Source of the DNA: Ascoidea asiatica JCM 7603 | Taxonomy: Eukaryota; Fungi; Ascomycota | DNA length: 64,000 nt | Direction: 5' to 3' | Assembly: GCA_001600695.1 (NCBI GenBank) | Contig: BCKQ01000001.1 | Location: 643,520 to 707,519, forward strand | Shown here: positions 31,968-44,924 of the stretch, one piece after another | Layout: the number at the start of each line of letters is the position of its first letter | Numbering within the stretch: position 1 is the stretch's first letter | The notes under the pieces: generated by a model | What the model was told of the DNA's origin: nothing | The model's database searches: none | Seen by the model: the letters and a program-made list of their open reading frames with translations, nothing else | Made by a program: the position numbers and the translations under genes

Positions 31968-34900
31968 GATTTTGCATAATCTTCAATTGCAACATTGTAG
32001 TAAGTATTTCATTGTTTAAATTAAATAGTGTTTTTTGTATAAACTTTTTGTCTTAAATGCATAAGCATTAAACTTATTCAAGTTTTGATCCATTCTTTCC
32101 AAAAAAAAAAAAAAAAAAAGCAAAACTAGTTGCTGGAGTTTTTTAAAAAATAAGTTCTCTCTAACTTCAATAAATACTCAAATTAGTATTTGTGTAAGGT
32201 ATGCCACTTTTATTTCTTTAATCTCATTAAATAATCAAATACATTACCAATTGAAAACAATTGGCTCTTGATTTTTAGTTGGTTAGTCTAAGCAACAGCT
32301 GACTGAATGGTTGCATCGCATTGCATATTTTGGTTAAACCGTTAAGTACTTTACAAAGTCTAATTGTAGGTGAATTTTCTGGCATGCAGCTGATTACACG
32401 TAAGTTGTTGTTGGCAAGTATTTGTGGCTTATAAACAAAACCGCATTACCCGCATTTCCCGGCAATAACAACTTGTTTTTTTACTTGCACAAACACAACT
32501 TGCAAACCTTAGATTTTTCTAGTGCAATGTGTAAAAAAATAGTCCTATTGTAGCGATTATTCTATGGGTGTTTTATTTCTCGAAATCAAAAGTGATGTTA
32601 AGTGTTATTAACCCACTCAAAAACAACGTTGAGACGAACTCAAGTTTGACAAAAAAAAATATAATTTACAGATATTCTTATAACTGTCAACAACAATTAG
32701 TGAGATATCTACCTCAACTTGTTAAGCTTTCAAAAACATTCAGGATATTTATTGTTGTTTTTATTTGGCTTTGAAAAATCGGAAAAGATTCGGAAAAATA
32801 GTTGGTACGATTAAGAAACAAGTCTGATTTAAATTAAAACACTTTAATTGGTGTCAGTTCCATTAAAAATCAGAAACAAGCAACTTAGAAAATAAGAAAT
32901 TGTTGTTTAAATGAAGGGAAAACTTTTTATAGCATTCAATAAAAATAAATCCAAAAATCCACTAATGAGATATGCTACATAAGCCACTAATACTTGATAA
33001 AATACTTCCGGTATTTTTTATGGTAGAAAAAGAGTCAATTTTGACAGTTAAAAAAGAAAACCTCAAAATAGAATAACACGTTTATAAAACAAGTTCAAAG
33101 ATTGAATTGAAACAATACTTTCATTATCAAAACACTTTCAAAAAATGGTTGTTCTCATGTTGCGATTGCAAAATCGTTTTTGTTTCTTTTCATTTAATAA
33201 ATTATGCCATGGATAAAATTTTTCTTACAGGGGATAATTCAAATTCTGTTCATCAATAGTATTAGTTTGTCTAGGAGTAGAAAAAAATGTCAGTTCAGCA
33301 AATACTAACTTTGAAACCTGAAAGGCTTTATTAAAAAACCCAGCAAGTTATAAAGTGTTATTGATTTGAAATTCTATGTGAGCGATGAAGAAACTTACCA
33401 GTAATTAAGATGGTTCTAATGAGTAACCCTTTAAAAGATACATATTATGTGCTTCCTTGGGGTGAAAAAATTAATAAAATATCAGAATAAAAAGTGTTTG
33501 CCGTTAGGACTTTGAAGGAATAATAAAATCAATGCTTACAGATTATTGACTTTATTTACCTTTTGATAACAAATATACTAAATTTGAAACACTTTTATTT
33601 CAAATATTTTCAGCTACTAAATCTTCAAAATTGCTGAATTAATAAAAATTATATAAAATAACTATTTATTGAAAAGCTTTAAAAAGGGCTTCTAGAATCC
33701 AAATTTAGACTATTTAAAACATAACTTCCTAAATATTTTATTATTAATATTTTAAGAGTGTTAAATGATGATTACTGAAAAAAATTCATATTTCAATCAA
33801 CGGTTTATTTAGACTGTTATTTTTATTTGAAAAATATAAATTATTTTAGTATTAACAAAAACTCATAATCAAATTTTTAAAAATTTTTCAGATTAGATAT
33901 ATTTTAAATCATTTACGAAATATTGAGGATTTTTATTATAAAAATGGTTTTCAAAAATTGGTTGAATTTAATTTCAATGTTTGGAATTTGATAACTTTAA
34001 CTTGATGAAAATACAATGAAAAATATTGATAAAAGTATTGTCTTTGAGAAAACAAAACAATTTTCTGTAATAATAATGATAAAAATGATCAGTTATTCAT
34101 GATTAAAACAATGATGAAAAATTAATTTTTAACAAAGAGTTTTCTTGAATTTTTGAAAAAACTAATTCACATTAACATAAAAGTAACATTGAATTGTAAT
34201 AGAAAATCTTTTTGATTCAAATGTAAAGTATGTGTAATCTTTATGTTTTCAAAAAACTTTTTGAATTTTTTTTTCAACATGCGAGTATGTGAAGATTTAT
34301 ATCAAATTTATCTTAACAACTTTTTTTTTAATAAATTTCCGAATATTTTAGTAAAGATATGTTAAAAGATCTTTTTATTAATAGATAAACATATTTCAGA
34401 GAAAAAAATAAGTTTTCTTTGAAAGTATTTATTCTTATTATTTTGTTAGGGCATTTCAGTAGCTTTAATAATTCAAAAAAATGATACATACATTTTTGTC
34501 GCTAATAAAATATCAAAAAATGGAATTAAAATTCCGAAAAATAATTTTTAGTTTTTAATTGGATATGCAGAGGAACGTTAAATAAAACGGTGTGTATTTC
34601 TGCATTTTAAATTAGGCAGCTTTGAAATTAATTAAGTTTGAGTCAACAATTTAAATTAAATTGAAAATAAAACTAAAAATTATATTTGAATTTTAATTGG
34701 GTGTATTTTATTAATTCGAAAAATATAATGTACTGTAGTGGAGAAATGTTAGTTGACGAATAAAATTTTGATATTAGAAATCAGAAAAAAATCAAAAATA
34801 TATTATCATTTGTATAAAATCTAGAATTTTACCTCGATTTCGAAGTCAATAAATAATTAATTAAGGAATAAGATAATAAAAAACTGATAAAAAAATACTA

Positions 34901-37900
34901 AGAATTGTAATTTATAAAATGGTTGCATGATTTTATCTAGAATTTTATTTATTTCATTATGAAGATAAAATTCTTATAACTTTCAATGATTCAATTCAGT
35001 CAAAATGATTAACCATTACTAATACTATTTGAATCAAAAATAATAAACAAATAAAGATAACAAATTAATTTATCCAAATCAGTATAAAAAAAAGTTCATA
35101 ATTCTTATCATCTTGTTAATAAACTGTTAGTAAAGTTCCAGAAGGCATAGTAAAATTTTATTTAATCCATCTTGGCTAATGCCACGCCAAGAACTATTTT
35201 ATTAAGATATCAAATTTCAGATATGGATTATTTTACTGGAAAATATAACAAAAAACTGTTGCAAAAAAAATCTATGCATGCTTTAGTAGTATACAGTAAT
35301 AGCACTCCTATTTATATGAAAATAACAGCAGAATATCAAACATTTTGGTTAGGAAAAACCCTATTTTTCCTGATACTAAAGTAAAATCACACGGTCTTTA
35401 CTTTAACTATTCACGTGAAACCCAATATTTTTTGCAATCAGAGATTTTAATTTTTCTTTTGATTGAAGAGGTTTTTGTGCTCGTTTTGTGGTGATGCAAA
35501 AGTAGCGTGACTGAAGTGTCCATACTTTTCCGTTGCAGAGAAACGTGGGTAAACACTCTTTCCTGCCGATATTTTGTCTCAGAGGCTTTAAAATATAATT
35601 GACTGTATTTTAGTTTTGTAAGATAAAAAAAAAAAATGAATACTTTTTGAAAAAGTTCAAAAACTTTCAACTGCAAATCCATAAAATGGTTTCAAGTCTG
35701 AATACGCCTTTAATAAAACAAAATGTTTTACTGTAGTACAGTATGTTATAATTTTTTCATTTTTTAAAAAACGTGATTTTACTATGCACTAATCTCGAAT
35801 TAAATAAATGATATGTTGCAGAGGTTAGTAAGAAATTTTGAATATTCAGTAATAACAATGAAATATATTGGAAAAAGACATATTGTTCCCATATGCATGT
35901 TTTCATTCCATTGAAATAGGAGAATGATTTGCGTATGAAACAATAATTCAAAAAAAAGACATGAAAACCAAATAAAAACCAAAGCAATGAAGACATGATG
36001 AAAACTTTGGATGAAAACGCAAAAGAAAAAAAAATCTTTTGGGGAGTTTTTTTATAGTGGGTAAAGTCTTCTTTAAATAAGTAGTCTATTTGAAACTTTA
36101 GATATCATAGGAGTCATGTGCTTTCTGCACAATGAATACTTAAACGGGGCAGTTCTTTTAATCAAAAATTGTATCAGTTTCATTCTAATTCATTAAATTC
36201 AGGGCTCACTTGAAATTCGATCAAATATTTCGATACGAAATTAAGGATCATATTAAATGAACAGGCTGTGTTACGAGTTAGGATAGTAATCTTTGAATCA
36301 AATTTTTCATTTTATAGGAATCCTAAATTCAATATTATATTATGTTGTTGTTTAACTATTTTCCTAATGTTATTAGTAAATAAAATGTGAATATCATAGC
36401 CCTTTACTTAGCAAAACTTTTTAAAATCAAAATAATAATTCAAATTATTTTTTGATTCAAATTGTTGTGAACATAACTCTGAAATCATACCATTTCAAGC
36501 CGTTTCATAGCTTCTTCTTATCAGAGTTGCCAAGAAACTCGAAGGATAGAACCTTTTGATCCATACCGAGTATTAATACGTAATAGCAATACTGTAGAAA
36601 AAGAAAAAGAAGTAGAAATAGCAGTAATTAAGGGAGAATCGCTCGGCTATGAAAAAATGAAACTAGAGTGGAGTATGGAATGGCAATGGAAAATGGCTAC
36701 AATTGTACAGACTTACGAACTTTTCTGTGGAAATAACCAATAAAAAAGTTGGCTATGTTTAGGTTTAACATTATTATTAACATTACTATCAGTACCCATA
36801 TTAACGTTAACATTAACGTTAATTAAAATGTATGCAGTTAGTTTCTGTAATATTCTGGTGGCAGTGTAGAAATAATGCCGAAGGTAGCTTAAAACGCAAG
36901 GTTATTCTGAACACAGCGTTCAAATTAAGTTGCCAGCCCCGAATATTTAGAATTATTTTAACTATTTTTGAATATTTTTAAAAAATGAAAGCGCGTTGAT
37001 GTTTGTGCTCAGATTTTGTATTCGGCTGAAATTACGTAATAATTAACTAACGCCACAAATACACTTATTTTGTGTATTTTTCTTTACAGTTGAATATCTC
37101 AGTACCAGAAGTATTGCTTAAGTAATAATAATAATAATAACAATAACAATAACAATTATTTAAATAATATTAGAATTGGCTCTCATAATATAATTTGTAC
37201 CTTTGAACCAGAGGAATTCGTTAGATAACATTTTAATATTTATTAAAAAATACTGTATGATGGTACTCGTTCAGTGTACTTTTATACTTGAATTTTCTAT
37301 ATTCTAGTAATAATATCCTTTTAAAACAGTCAAATCAAAAAGAATTAAAAATAGCAAAAAGAAAATATTATTCTTTATTCTTCATTCTTTTTATTCATAT
37401 CTTCATTTTCTATTTTATTCGGTTTTAAACCAACAACAACTTTGAATTCCATTAATTGTTAAAGATTAAGCCATGCTTAAATATTATAGATGAAAAAAAA
37501 ATTGAGGAATTTATCATTGCTTGAAAAGAAGATAAATACCCATTGATTTTCTTCCTTTTTTGAAGTATTATTGCTTTTGAATGTGATTTACATATCTTTA
37601 TATTCTAAATAGTTTTTTATTCAAATATTGCTTTTTCTATCGTTATTGTAATTGCTATTGCTACTCTTGTTGCTGTTGCTATTACAAACTTTTCCTTTAG
37701 TTTTCATATTTTTAATATCACCTATTCGTTTTTACTTCCACTTATTCAATCCATAATTAACTTTTTAATTCTTATTTTACTTTAATTCAAAACTGTCTAT
37801 CAATCATAAATAGTTTAAATTAAATTAACTTTTTTTTGAATAAAAAGATTATCATAAAAACATACAATTATAAAATTGTAAACTCTGCTGTTTTTTTTTC

Positions 37901-38774
37901 TCTGGAATAGTCTCATCACTCATAAATCACCAATCATCAATCATCAATCACTAACCATCAATATTGACAATAAATAACTACCAAATACACTCTGTTTAGT
38001 TGTTTTCTGTCTGTTCAAATCCTTTTATATCCTCTTTAATCCTATTAAATCCTCTTAAAACCTTTGTGCTTTCTCCAAGTTCAAATTTGCCGTATTTTCA
38101 CATAAACTTTCCGTCTGCTGCACCTTGCTGTACATCCAGAATAAAGTTTCAAGGCCTTTTTTAATCTGCATTTGGATTTTCAGCCAAGTATTAAGCAATT
38201 GCTATTAGGAATATCTATCAATTTCACTAAAGTTCTTACCTTTTAACTGTTATCTTCATATATTTCATTTAAAATCAAAATATTCTAATTACATTATATT
38301 TAAAGGACTTGCTTTTCCCTCATTTCCATATTTATTCAAATTCTTTTTTTTTTATTACTTTTACTAAATTTTTATTTCATTTATTAATTATTATCAAAAA
38401 AGAATTATTTGATTCAAATCATCTAAAAAAAATTAGTTATATATACATTAAAATACTAATTATATCTAGTATTTGAATATATTAATATCATTATTAATAA
38501 TAATAATAATAATAAAAAAATAATAATCAAAATAATAGATTATTAGAATAATAAATCATATAAATAATACTTTAAACAACTAATTATAAAAGTTGTTCTC
38601 TTAATTAAAAGAAAAAGGTTATTTAAATATCAAATCCTATATTCCTCTTTCCTCATTATAATCATTATATTATAGTGATATATTTCCTATAATAGTTTAA
38701 TATTAACTAAATTATAAAAAATTCAAACTATTTCAAAAATTAATTTAAAAAAAAAATATAATAATATAATCAAA

Positions 38775-40448
38775 ATGGCTTTATCTGAAAAAGAGTCCCC
38801 AATAGTGGAGACTCAAGATATTGAGTCTGGTACAAAACATCTTGCTTATTTAGAAGATGGTAAAAAATTAAAAAAAGATTTAAAAGCAAGACATATTACT
38901 ATGATTGCAATTGGTGGTGCTCTTGGTACTGGTTTAATTATTGGTACAGGTAGTGCTTTAGCCGCTGCTGGTCCTGGTTCAATTTTTATTGCATATTTAT
39001 TTGTTGGTGTTTTAGTTTATAATGTTATGTGTGCTTTAGGTGAAATGGCTTGTTATATTCCATTACCTGACGGATTTACCGGTTATGCAACAAGATATGT
39101 TGATCCTGCTTTAGGTTTTTCATTTGGTTGGTGTTATACAATTAAATATCTTTTAGTTTGTCCAAATCAATTAACTGCTGCTGCTTTAGTTTTACAATAT
39201 TGGGTTGATAGAGATAAGGTTAATCCAGGTGTTTGGATTACCATTTTTTTAGTCTGTATAACTTTAATTAATTCTTTTGGTGTTGGTAAATTTGGTGAAA
39301 TTGAATTTTGGTTATCTGTTATAAAAGTTTTAACATGTCTTGGTTTAATTTTATTTTTATTTATTATTATGCTTGGTGGTGGTCCAAATCATGATAGACT
39401 TGGTTTTAGATATTGGAAAGATCCAGGTGCTTTTAAACCATATTCTGGTATTGATGGTTCAAAAGGTAAATTTGTTGGTTTTGTTTCTGTTTTAGTTACT
39501 GCAGTTTTTGCTTTCTTAGGTACTGAATTAGTTGGTGTAACTTTTGGTGAAGCAAGAAATATCAAAGCAATTCCAAAAGCTATTAAATTAACATTTTGGC
39601 GTATTGCATTATTTTATTGGTTAAATGTTTTATTATTAGGATGTTGTGTTGCATATAATGATAAAAATTTAGCATTTGCAAATAAACAATCAAATTCTGC
39701 TGCTGCATCTCCTTTTGTCGTCGCAGCTGTTACTGCTGGTGTTAGTGGATTACCTGATCTTATTAATGCATGTATTTTAGTTTTCATCTTTTCTGCAGCC
39801 AATTCTGATTTATATCTTTCATCACGTTCATTATATGGTTTAGCAGTTAATGGTCAAGCCCCAAAAATTTTTGCAAAAACAAATAGATTTGGTGTTCCAT
39901 ATTTTGCATTATCTGTTGGATGTTTATTTTCTTTATTAGCTTATATGAATTGTGTTGATGATTCTAAAAAGATTTTCAATTATTTTGTTTCTGTTGTTTC
40001 TATGTTTGGTTTATTTGCATGGATTACAATTGTTGTTTGTCATATATTTTTCATGAGAGCATTAAAAGCTCAAGGTATTGATAGAAATGGATTAATGTAT
40101 AAAGCACCATTTCAACCATATGCTGATTATGTTTGTTTATTTTTCACAATTTTAGTTGCATTTATTAAAAATTTTACAGTATTTTTATTCGGTAAATTTG
40201 ATTATAAAACTTTTATTACAGGTTATATTGGTATTCCAGTTTATTTAATTTGTATATTTGGTTATAAATTTATTATGAAATCTAAAAGAGTTTTACCAGA
40301 AGAAGCAGATTTACAAACTTATAGAGATGTTGTATTGGCAGAAGAAGAAGAATATGAAAGAGAATTAGAAGAAAAGAAGAAACTAAGAGATTCTGGTAAA
40401 AAAGATATGGGATGGTATTATGATACATTCCTTGCATGGTTATTTTAA
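38775..40448 (+). CDS. DIP5: Dicarboxylic amino acid permease (YAT family)
   Basis: LKARHITMIAIGGALGTGL, PNQLTAAALVLQYWVDRDKVNPGVWI, GGGPNHDRLGFRYW and AFLGTEL, with about 12 TM helices. Confidence 0.9.
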   Translation: MALSEKESPIVETQDIESGTKHLAYLEDGKKLKKDLKARHITMIAIGGALGTGLIIGTGSALAAAGPGSIFIAYLFVGVLVYNVMCALGEMACYIPLPDGFTGYATRYVDPALGFSFGWCYTIKYLLVCPNQLTAAALVLQYWVDRDKVNPGVWITIFLVCITLINSFGVGKFGEIEFWLSVIKVLTCLGLILFLFIIMLGGGPNHDRLGFRYWKDPGAFKPYSGIDGSKGKFVGFVSVLVTAVFAFLGTELVGVTFGEARNIKAIPKAIKLTFWRIALFYWLNVLLLGCCVAYNDKNLAFANKQSNSAAASPFVVAAVTAGVSGLPDLINACILVFIFSAANSDLYLSSRSLYGLAVNGQAPKIFAKTNRFGVPYFALSVGCLFSLLAYMNCVDDSKKIFNYFVSVVSMFGLFAWITIVVCHIFFMRALKAQGIDRNGLMYKAPFQPYADYVCLFFTILVAFIKNFTVFLFGKFDYKTFITGYIGIPVYLICIFGYKFIMKSKRVLPEEADLQTYRDVVLAEEEEYERELEEKKKLRDSGKKDMGWYYDTFLAWLF

Positions 40449-41459
40449 ATTAATCAAATACCTTTATTCAAGTTTTCAATTCTTAAAAATTTAATTATAA
40501 TATAATAATAATAATGAAATTATCTTTCTTTTTTTTACTTTTAACATTAATTCCTCTCTCACACACACACTCTCTCTCTCTTTTGTTTCTCTTTGAAAAT
40601 ATTTTAATGAGTTTTTTATATGTTTTGTCTTTTATCTTTTTTTTTCTATCTGTTATTTTGTTTTATTTTAACTCATTTAGGTCTTTTGGTCTTTAAAGGT
40701 TTTCTTGAATTATTTTAATTTAAAGGTCAGTTAGTTAATTTTATTACAACTGATTTTGTATTCGTTTTTTGCATAGTATAAAGCATTTTATGTTATATTT
40801 TATTTAATAAAATTTTACTTCTAATTTCAATATTTATTAAATTTAATAAAGTTTATTGAATAAATGATATATGCAAATGTGCAGTAAATACAACTAGTAA
40901 TAAATATTGTTTTCTCTTTTTTTTTTGATTTATCGCTTAAATGATAAGGCAATAATGTATTTTATAAAATATGAATACAAAAAAGTATTGACACTTTTTA
41001 TTAAGGTAAATCTTATACTTTTACCCCGATCAAATTTTAGATGATTGAATTATTTCAATTATTCCAATTCTTTGAGTTAATTAAAATATTTGAATTAATT
41101 GAATTACGAATAACTTTATGAAAACGCTATTTTGCTTTCTCATTTTCTTTAACTGTAAGTATTGAAATACTTTTTTTTTTTTAACAAAATTTTAGTTAAA
41201 GATTTTGAAATGTATTCTTGAATTACATTGTATGATAAATTCAATTAACTTTTCTTGGAAACATTGGCATCTAACTCAATTTATATCTAACATGTCAAGC
41301 AATTAATAAGAGAAGATAATTTTATTCTCATATTGAACAATTCAAAAATAATTAATCTATTGATATTTGAATTATTCGATTAATATTTAATAAACATTTC
41401 CATAATATTCTAATATAAGCTAATATAAGCAAATATAACTCCATGGTTGATAGGGCATT

Positions 41460-41830
41460 ACCGGAAAACCATCAGGTGACTTACCTCATTCAGAAATACT
41501 TTTCCGGAAACAAAAAAAAAAAAAAACAGGGTAACGTTTCTGCAGTAATCCTCTGAATAATGCCATCGTATGACTCTGCAAACATCACCTGGCAGGCACG
41601 AAAAGACCCACATAAATGGTATGTTTTTTTCCACGGATAAGATTATCCACGGTCGTCGGAAAAACATTTTTGGCCGGGAGAGCACTCAGTCTCGGAGAAG
41701 AGCAACACAGCGGCAAGCGGAACAGCCGTTTTGTTGAATCACGTGGTTCTAACTCCATCGGCTAAATAGGGCAGTCCCGCTACTGAAGCTCTGCAGTGGA
41801 TTTGCTCAAATTCCTGGGTGTGGGCTCGAG
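41460..41830. promoter_or_regulatory. GC-rich UAS island upstream of the kinase gene
   Basis: PDRE-type TCCACGGA at 41630-41637, several CGGAnnA motifs, E-box TCACGTG at about 41739 and AGGGTAA at about 41528. Confidence 0.45.
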
Positions 41831-42340
41831 GCAACCTTAAATATGTAGATAAACTACAATTCTGCTCCAATATTACTGTTACTGCTACCTCTCAAAGCTA
41901 TTCAGAGTGTATAATTACAATGGCAACTGCAATAAATAGCCATAACTATTGTAATAACTATTACAATAACTGTAATTATAATTGTATTAATACATTACAA
42001 TTCTCATGAAGAAATATAAACATATTGTTTGCTCATTGATTCAAAAAAAATATTCTCCCAATTTTGTATTTTATAATTATGAAACAATGATATCCTTTAT
42101 ATTTTTATGAAAACGCTGTAAATTATTTCTAAATTTTTTTAAAAGAAAAATCAAAACTTTTAAACCTAAATTATATCAAAATCACATAATTTATTGTTAT
42201 TACATTATTTACTTACTTAAGTAACCTAAAATAAATCAACTACTTAATTACCCCTTGGTAATTTGTATTTATTTTAAAACTACACTATTACAACTCCCAT
42301 TACTGATAATATTACTTTTAGTAATAATAGTTTTATCATT

Positions 42341-44563
42341 ATGGGTCTTTTTCAAAAATTACAGAATAAATCGAAATCGAAATCAAAAATAGATTCAGAA
42401 TCTAAATCAAAGACAAAATTAGAATCAAAATCAAAATCAAAGACAAATATTTCAAATAATAATAAAATTGACAGTATAAATTTAAACTCAAATACAAATC
42501 AAGCTTCTATCAAACCAATAAAAACTGATATTTTAAAACATTCAATTGAAAAAAATACTTTAAATTGTTCTCTTCCTTTGAAATTATCCTCAAAGCCACT
42601 ATCAATATCATCCAACCATAATAAAAGTAAAGACAAAGATAAGAAATTAAGTAATCTAACCGCTTCCCTTTCAAAAGTTAAGTTAGATCCTTCATCAAAT
42701 AATCAATCAAATAATCTATCGAATAATGATAACAATAATAAAAGAAACTCATATACTAAAAGTGCTAATAATATAAAACCTTTATTATCAACAAATTATA
42801 ATTCAAAACTGTCAAATCAACTAAATTCAATTTCAAATTCTTTTCCAAACAATGCTTTTACAATATTACCTTCTCAATCAAATAATTCAAAATCTGTAAA
42901 TCAATTATTACCAAAAAGATCAAATACTTTCACAAATATAATCTCAACTTCAAATTCAATACCAATACCTAGACCAATTTCAAATTCTTTTTCCAATTCA
43001 ATTTCAAAATCTAATTCAATATCTCTTTCAAATTCAAATTCAACTTCTGGTTTAAGATTAGCCTCATATAATACTACTTCTTTTACAAACTCAATTCCAA
43101 TTTCTAATTCAAATTCATTACATTTACATTCCAATTCAAATTCTAATTTCAATTCTAGTTTCAATTCAAATTCTTCAGATCATGAATCTATAATACCATT
43201 TCCAAATAGTTATTCTTCTATAAATACTAATAATAATAATAATAATAATATATATTTCAATTCTAATTCTTATAATCAAAATAATAATAAAAGATTATCA
43301 ATAAACTCAATCAATACTTTTTCTTCACTTAATTCTTCAATAAATACTAATAACAATTCTAATATTCAATCATTTCCAATTCATAATCCTTTAGATATTG
43401 GAAAATCAATTAATCAATTTTCTTCTTCAAATGATGAAAAAATCTTATATGATGGTTTCGGTGGTATAATTAAAAAATCTTTTTTAAAACAAGATCCTTC
43501 AAAATTAATTATTATTAAAATTTTTAAAAGACCTGAGGAAATTGATAAATCTATACTAAAATTAAATTTAAATTCTTCATTTGATGAAAATAATATACCC
43601 ATTCCTACCAATAATGACAATAATATCAATAAAGACAATGATAAAAATGATAAATTAATTAAAAAATTAGATAATTTTTATGATCTTTTATCAAAACATG
43701 AATTCAATTTAACTTTAAAATCAAAAAATAAAAATGTTGTACAAGTTTTAAACTTATGTAAAGATAATTTTCCATCTCCTTATCATTGGTCAATTCTAAT
43801 GCCATATTGTTCAAATGGTGACCTTTTTACACTTGTTGTTAAATCAACTAATAAAAAAATTAATTTTCCATTAAAAATTAAAGATAATATGTTTAAACAA
43901 TGTTTACAAGCAATTAAATTCATACATTCAAAAGGTATAGTTCATAGAGATATAAAATTAGATAATTTTTTAATTGATGATAATTTTACTTTAAAATTAA
44001 CTGATTTTGGTATGGCAGTTGATATTAATGATATTGAAAATGATCCAAATGAAACTGTTCATGATTTAATTTCAAATTTACAAATTGGTACAAAATCTTA
44101 TAGAGCTCCTGAAATTTGTGATAAAATTAAAATTAAAGTTAAAGATTATATAAAACTGGATATTTGGAGTATTGCAATTTCATATATAATGTTATCAACA
44201 AATATAACAAAACCTTGGGATGTTGCAGATAAAAAAACATGTTCAGTTTTTAATCATTTTAAAGAATTATATATAAATAATGATTTAAAAAATAAAATTA
44301 ATATAAATAATGATGATAAACAAAATTCTTGGATAATTAATTTAATTAATGTTAATGATACAAATGTAACTGAAAAAGCTTTAAATTTTATTGGAAAATT
44401 AAGTTTTGAAAGTAGAGGAGTTATTTTAAAAATGTTAGATATTGATTATAATACAAGACTTTCAATAAATGAAATTTGGGAAAGTGATTGGATCAATAAA
44501 AGGGTTGATTTTTGTTCAAAAGATGAAATAAGAGACTGTGTTGAAAAAATTTTACGAAAATAA
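42341..44563 (+). CDS. Ser/Thr protein kinase, NPR/HAL family-like, with long S/N-rich N-terminus
   Basis: IKIFKR, MPYCSNGDLF, HRDIKLDN, DFG, GTKSYRAPE, DIWS and PW..A. The Gly-rich loop is atypical (YDGFGGII). Confidence 0.85.
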   Translation: MGLFQKLQNKSKSKSKIDSESKSKTKLESKSKSKTNISNNNKIDSINLNSNTNQASIKPIKTDILKHSIEKNTLNCSLPLKLSSKPLSISSNHNKSKDKDKKLSNLTASLSKVKLDPSSNNQSNNLSNNDNNNKRNSYTKSANNIKPLLSTNYNSKLSNQLNSISNSFPNNAFTILPSQSNNSKSVNQLLPKRSNTFTNIISTSNSIPIPRPISNSFSNSISKSNSISLSNSNSTSGLRLASYNTTSFTNSIPISNSNSLHLHSNSNSNFNSSFNSNSSDHESIIPFPNSYSSINTNNNNNNNIYFNSNSYNQNNNKRLSINSINTFSSLNSSINTNNNSNIQSFPIHNPLDIGKSINQFSSSNDEKILYDGFGGIIKKSFLKQDPSKLIIIKIFKRPEEIDKSILKLNLNSSFDENNIPIPTNNDNNINKDNDKNDKLIKKLDNFYDLLSKHEFNLTLKSKNKNVVQVLNLCKDNFPSPYHWSILMPYCSNGDLFTLVVKSTNKKINFPLKIKDNMFKQCLQAIKFIHSKGIVHRDIKLDNFLIDDNFTLKLTDFGMAVDINDIENDPNETVHDLISNLQIGTKSYRAPEICDKIKIKVKDYIKLDIWSIAISYIMLSTNITKPWDVADKKTCSVFNHFKELYINNDLKNKININNDDKQNSWIINLINVNDTNVTEKALNFIGKLSFESRGVILKMLDIDYNTRLSINEIWESDWINKRVDFCSKDEIRDCVEKILRK

Positions 44564-44924
44564 TATAATTCAATACAATATATAATTTTTTCAAATGCTA
44601 TTTTTTTTTAATGTTTTGTTATTTAGATGTGGTTTTATATAGTTTTATAAATTTTTTTTATCTATTGTTCATTGTTTGATGCATAAATCTTAAGAGAGAC
44701 AAAAAGAAAAAATCTCCAACATATTCGAGTGAGAAGTAATTGTTGTTCATTAATATAGTTCAAAAAAAATTATTCAACGTATACTCTGAAAATCTAAGTC
44801 AGAAACAAAATTAGTGATGATAAATAATGGTAAATAATGATAATCTAAAAAGAAAAAGAACGATAAAAATAATGAAAGAAAAAAGAGAAAAAAAATAAAT
44901 AAATTACAGATTAAAATTTGAAAA

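Noticed and set aside
35411-35418. TCACGTGA as CDEI of a point centromere
   Set aside because: No AT-rich CDEII followed by a CCGAA-containing CDEIII at a suitable distance on either strand.
32568-35996. Short ORFs within the gene-free region
   Set aside because: 60-91 aa, no motifs, and composition like the surrounding non-coding DNA.
38013-38022. B-box-like GTTCAAATCC
   Set aside because: No A-box or cloverleaf around it; not a tRNA.
38775-44563. Functional cluster of an amino-acid permease and an NPR/HAL kinase
   Set aside because: Biologically suggestive, but adjacency alone in a gene-dense genome is not evidence.
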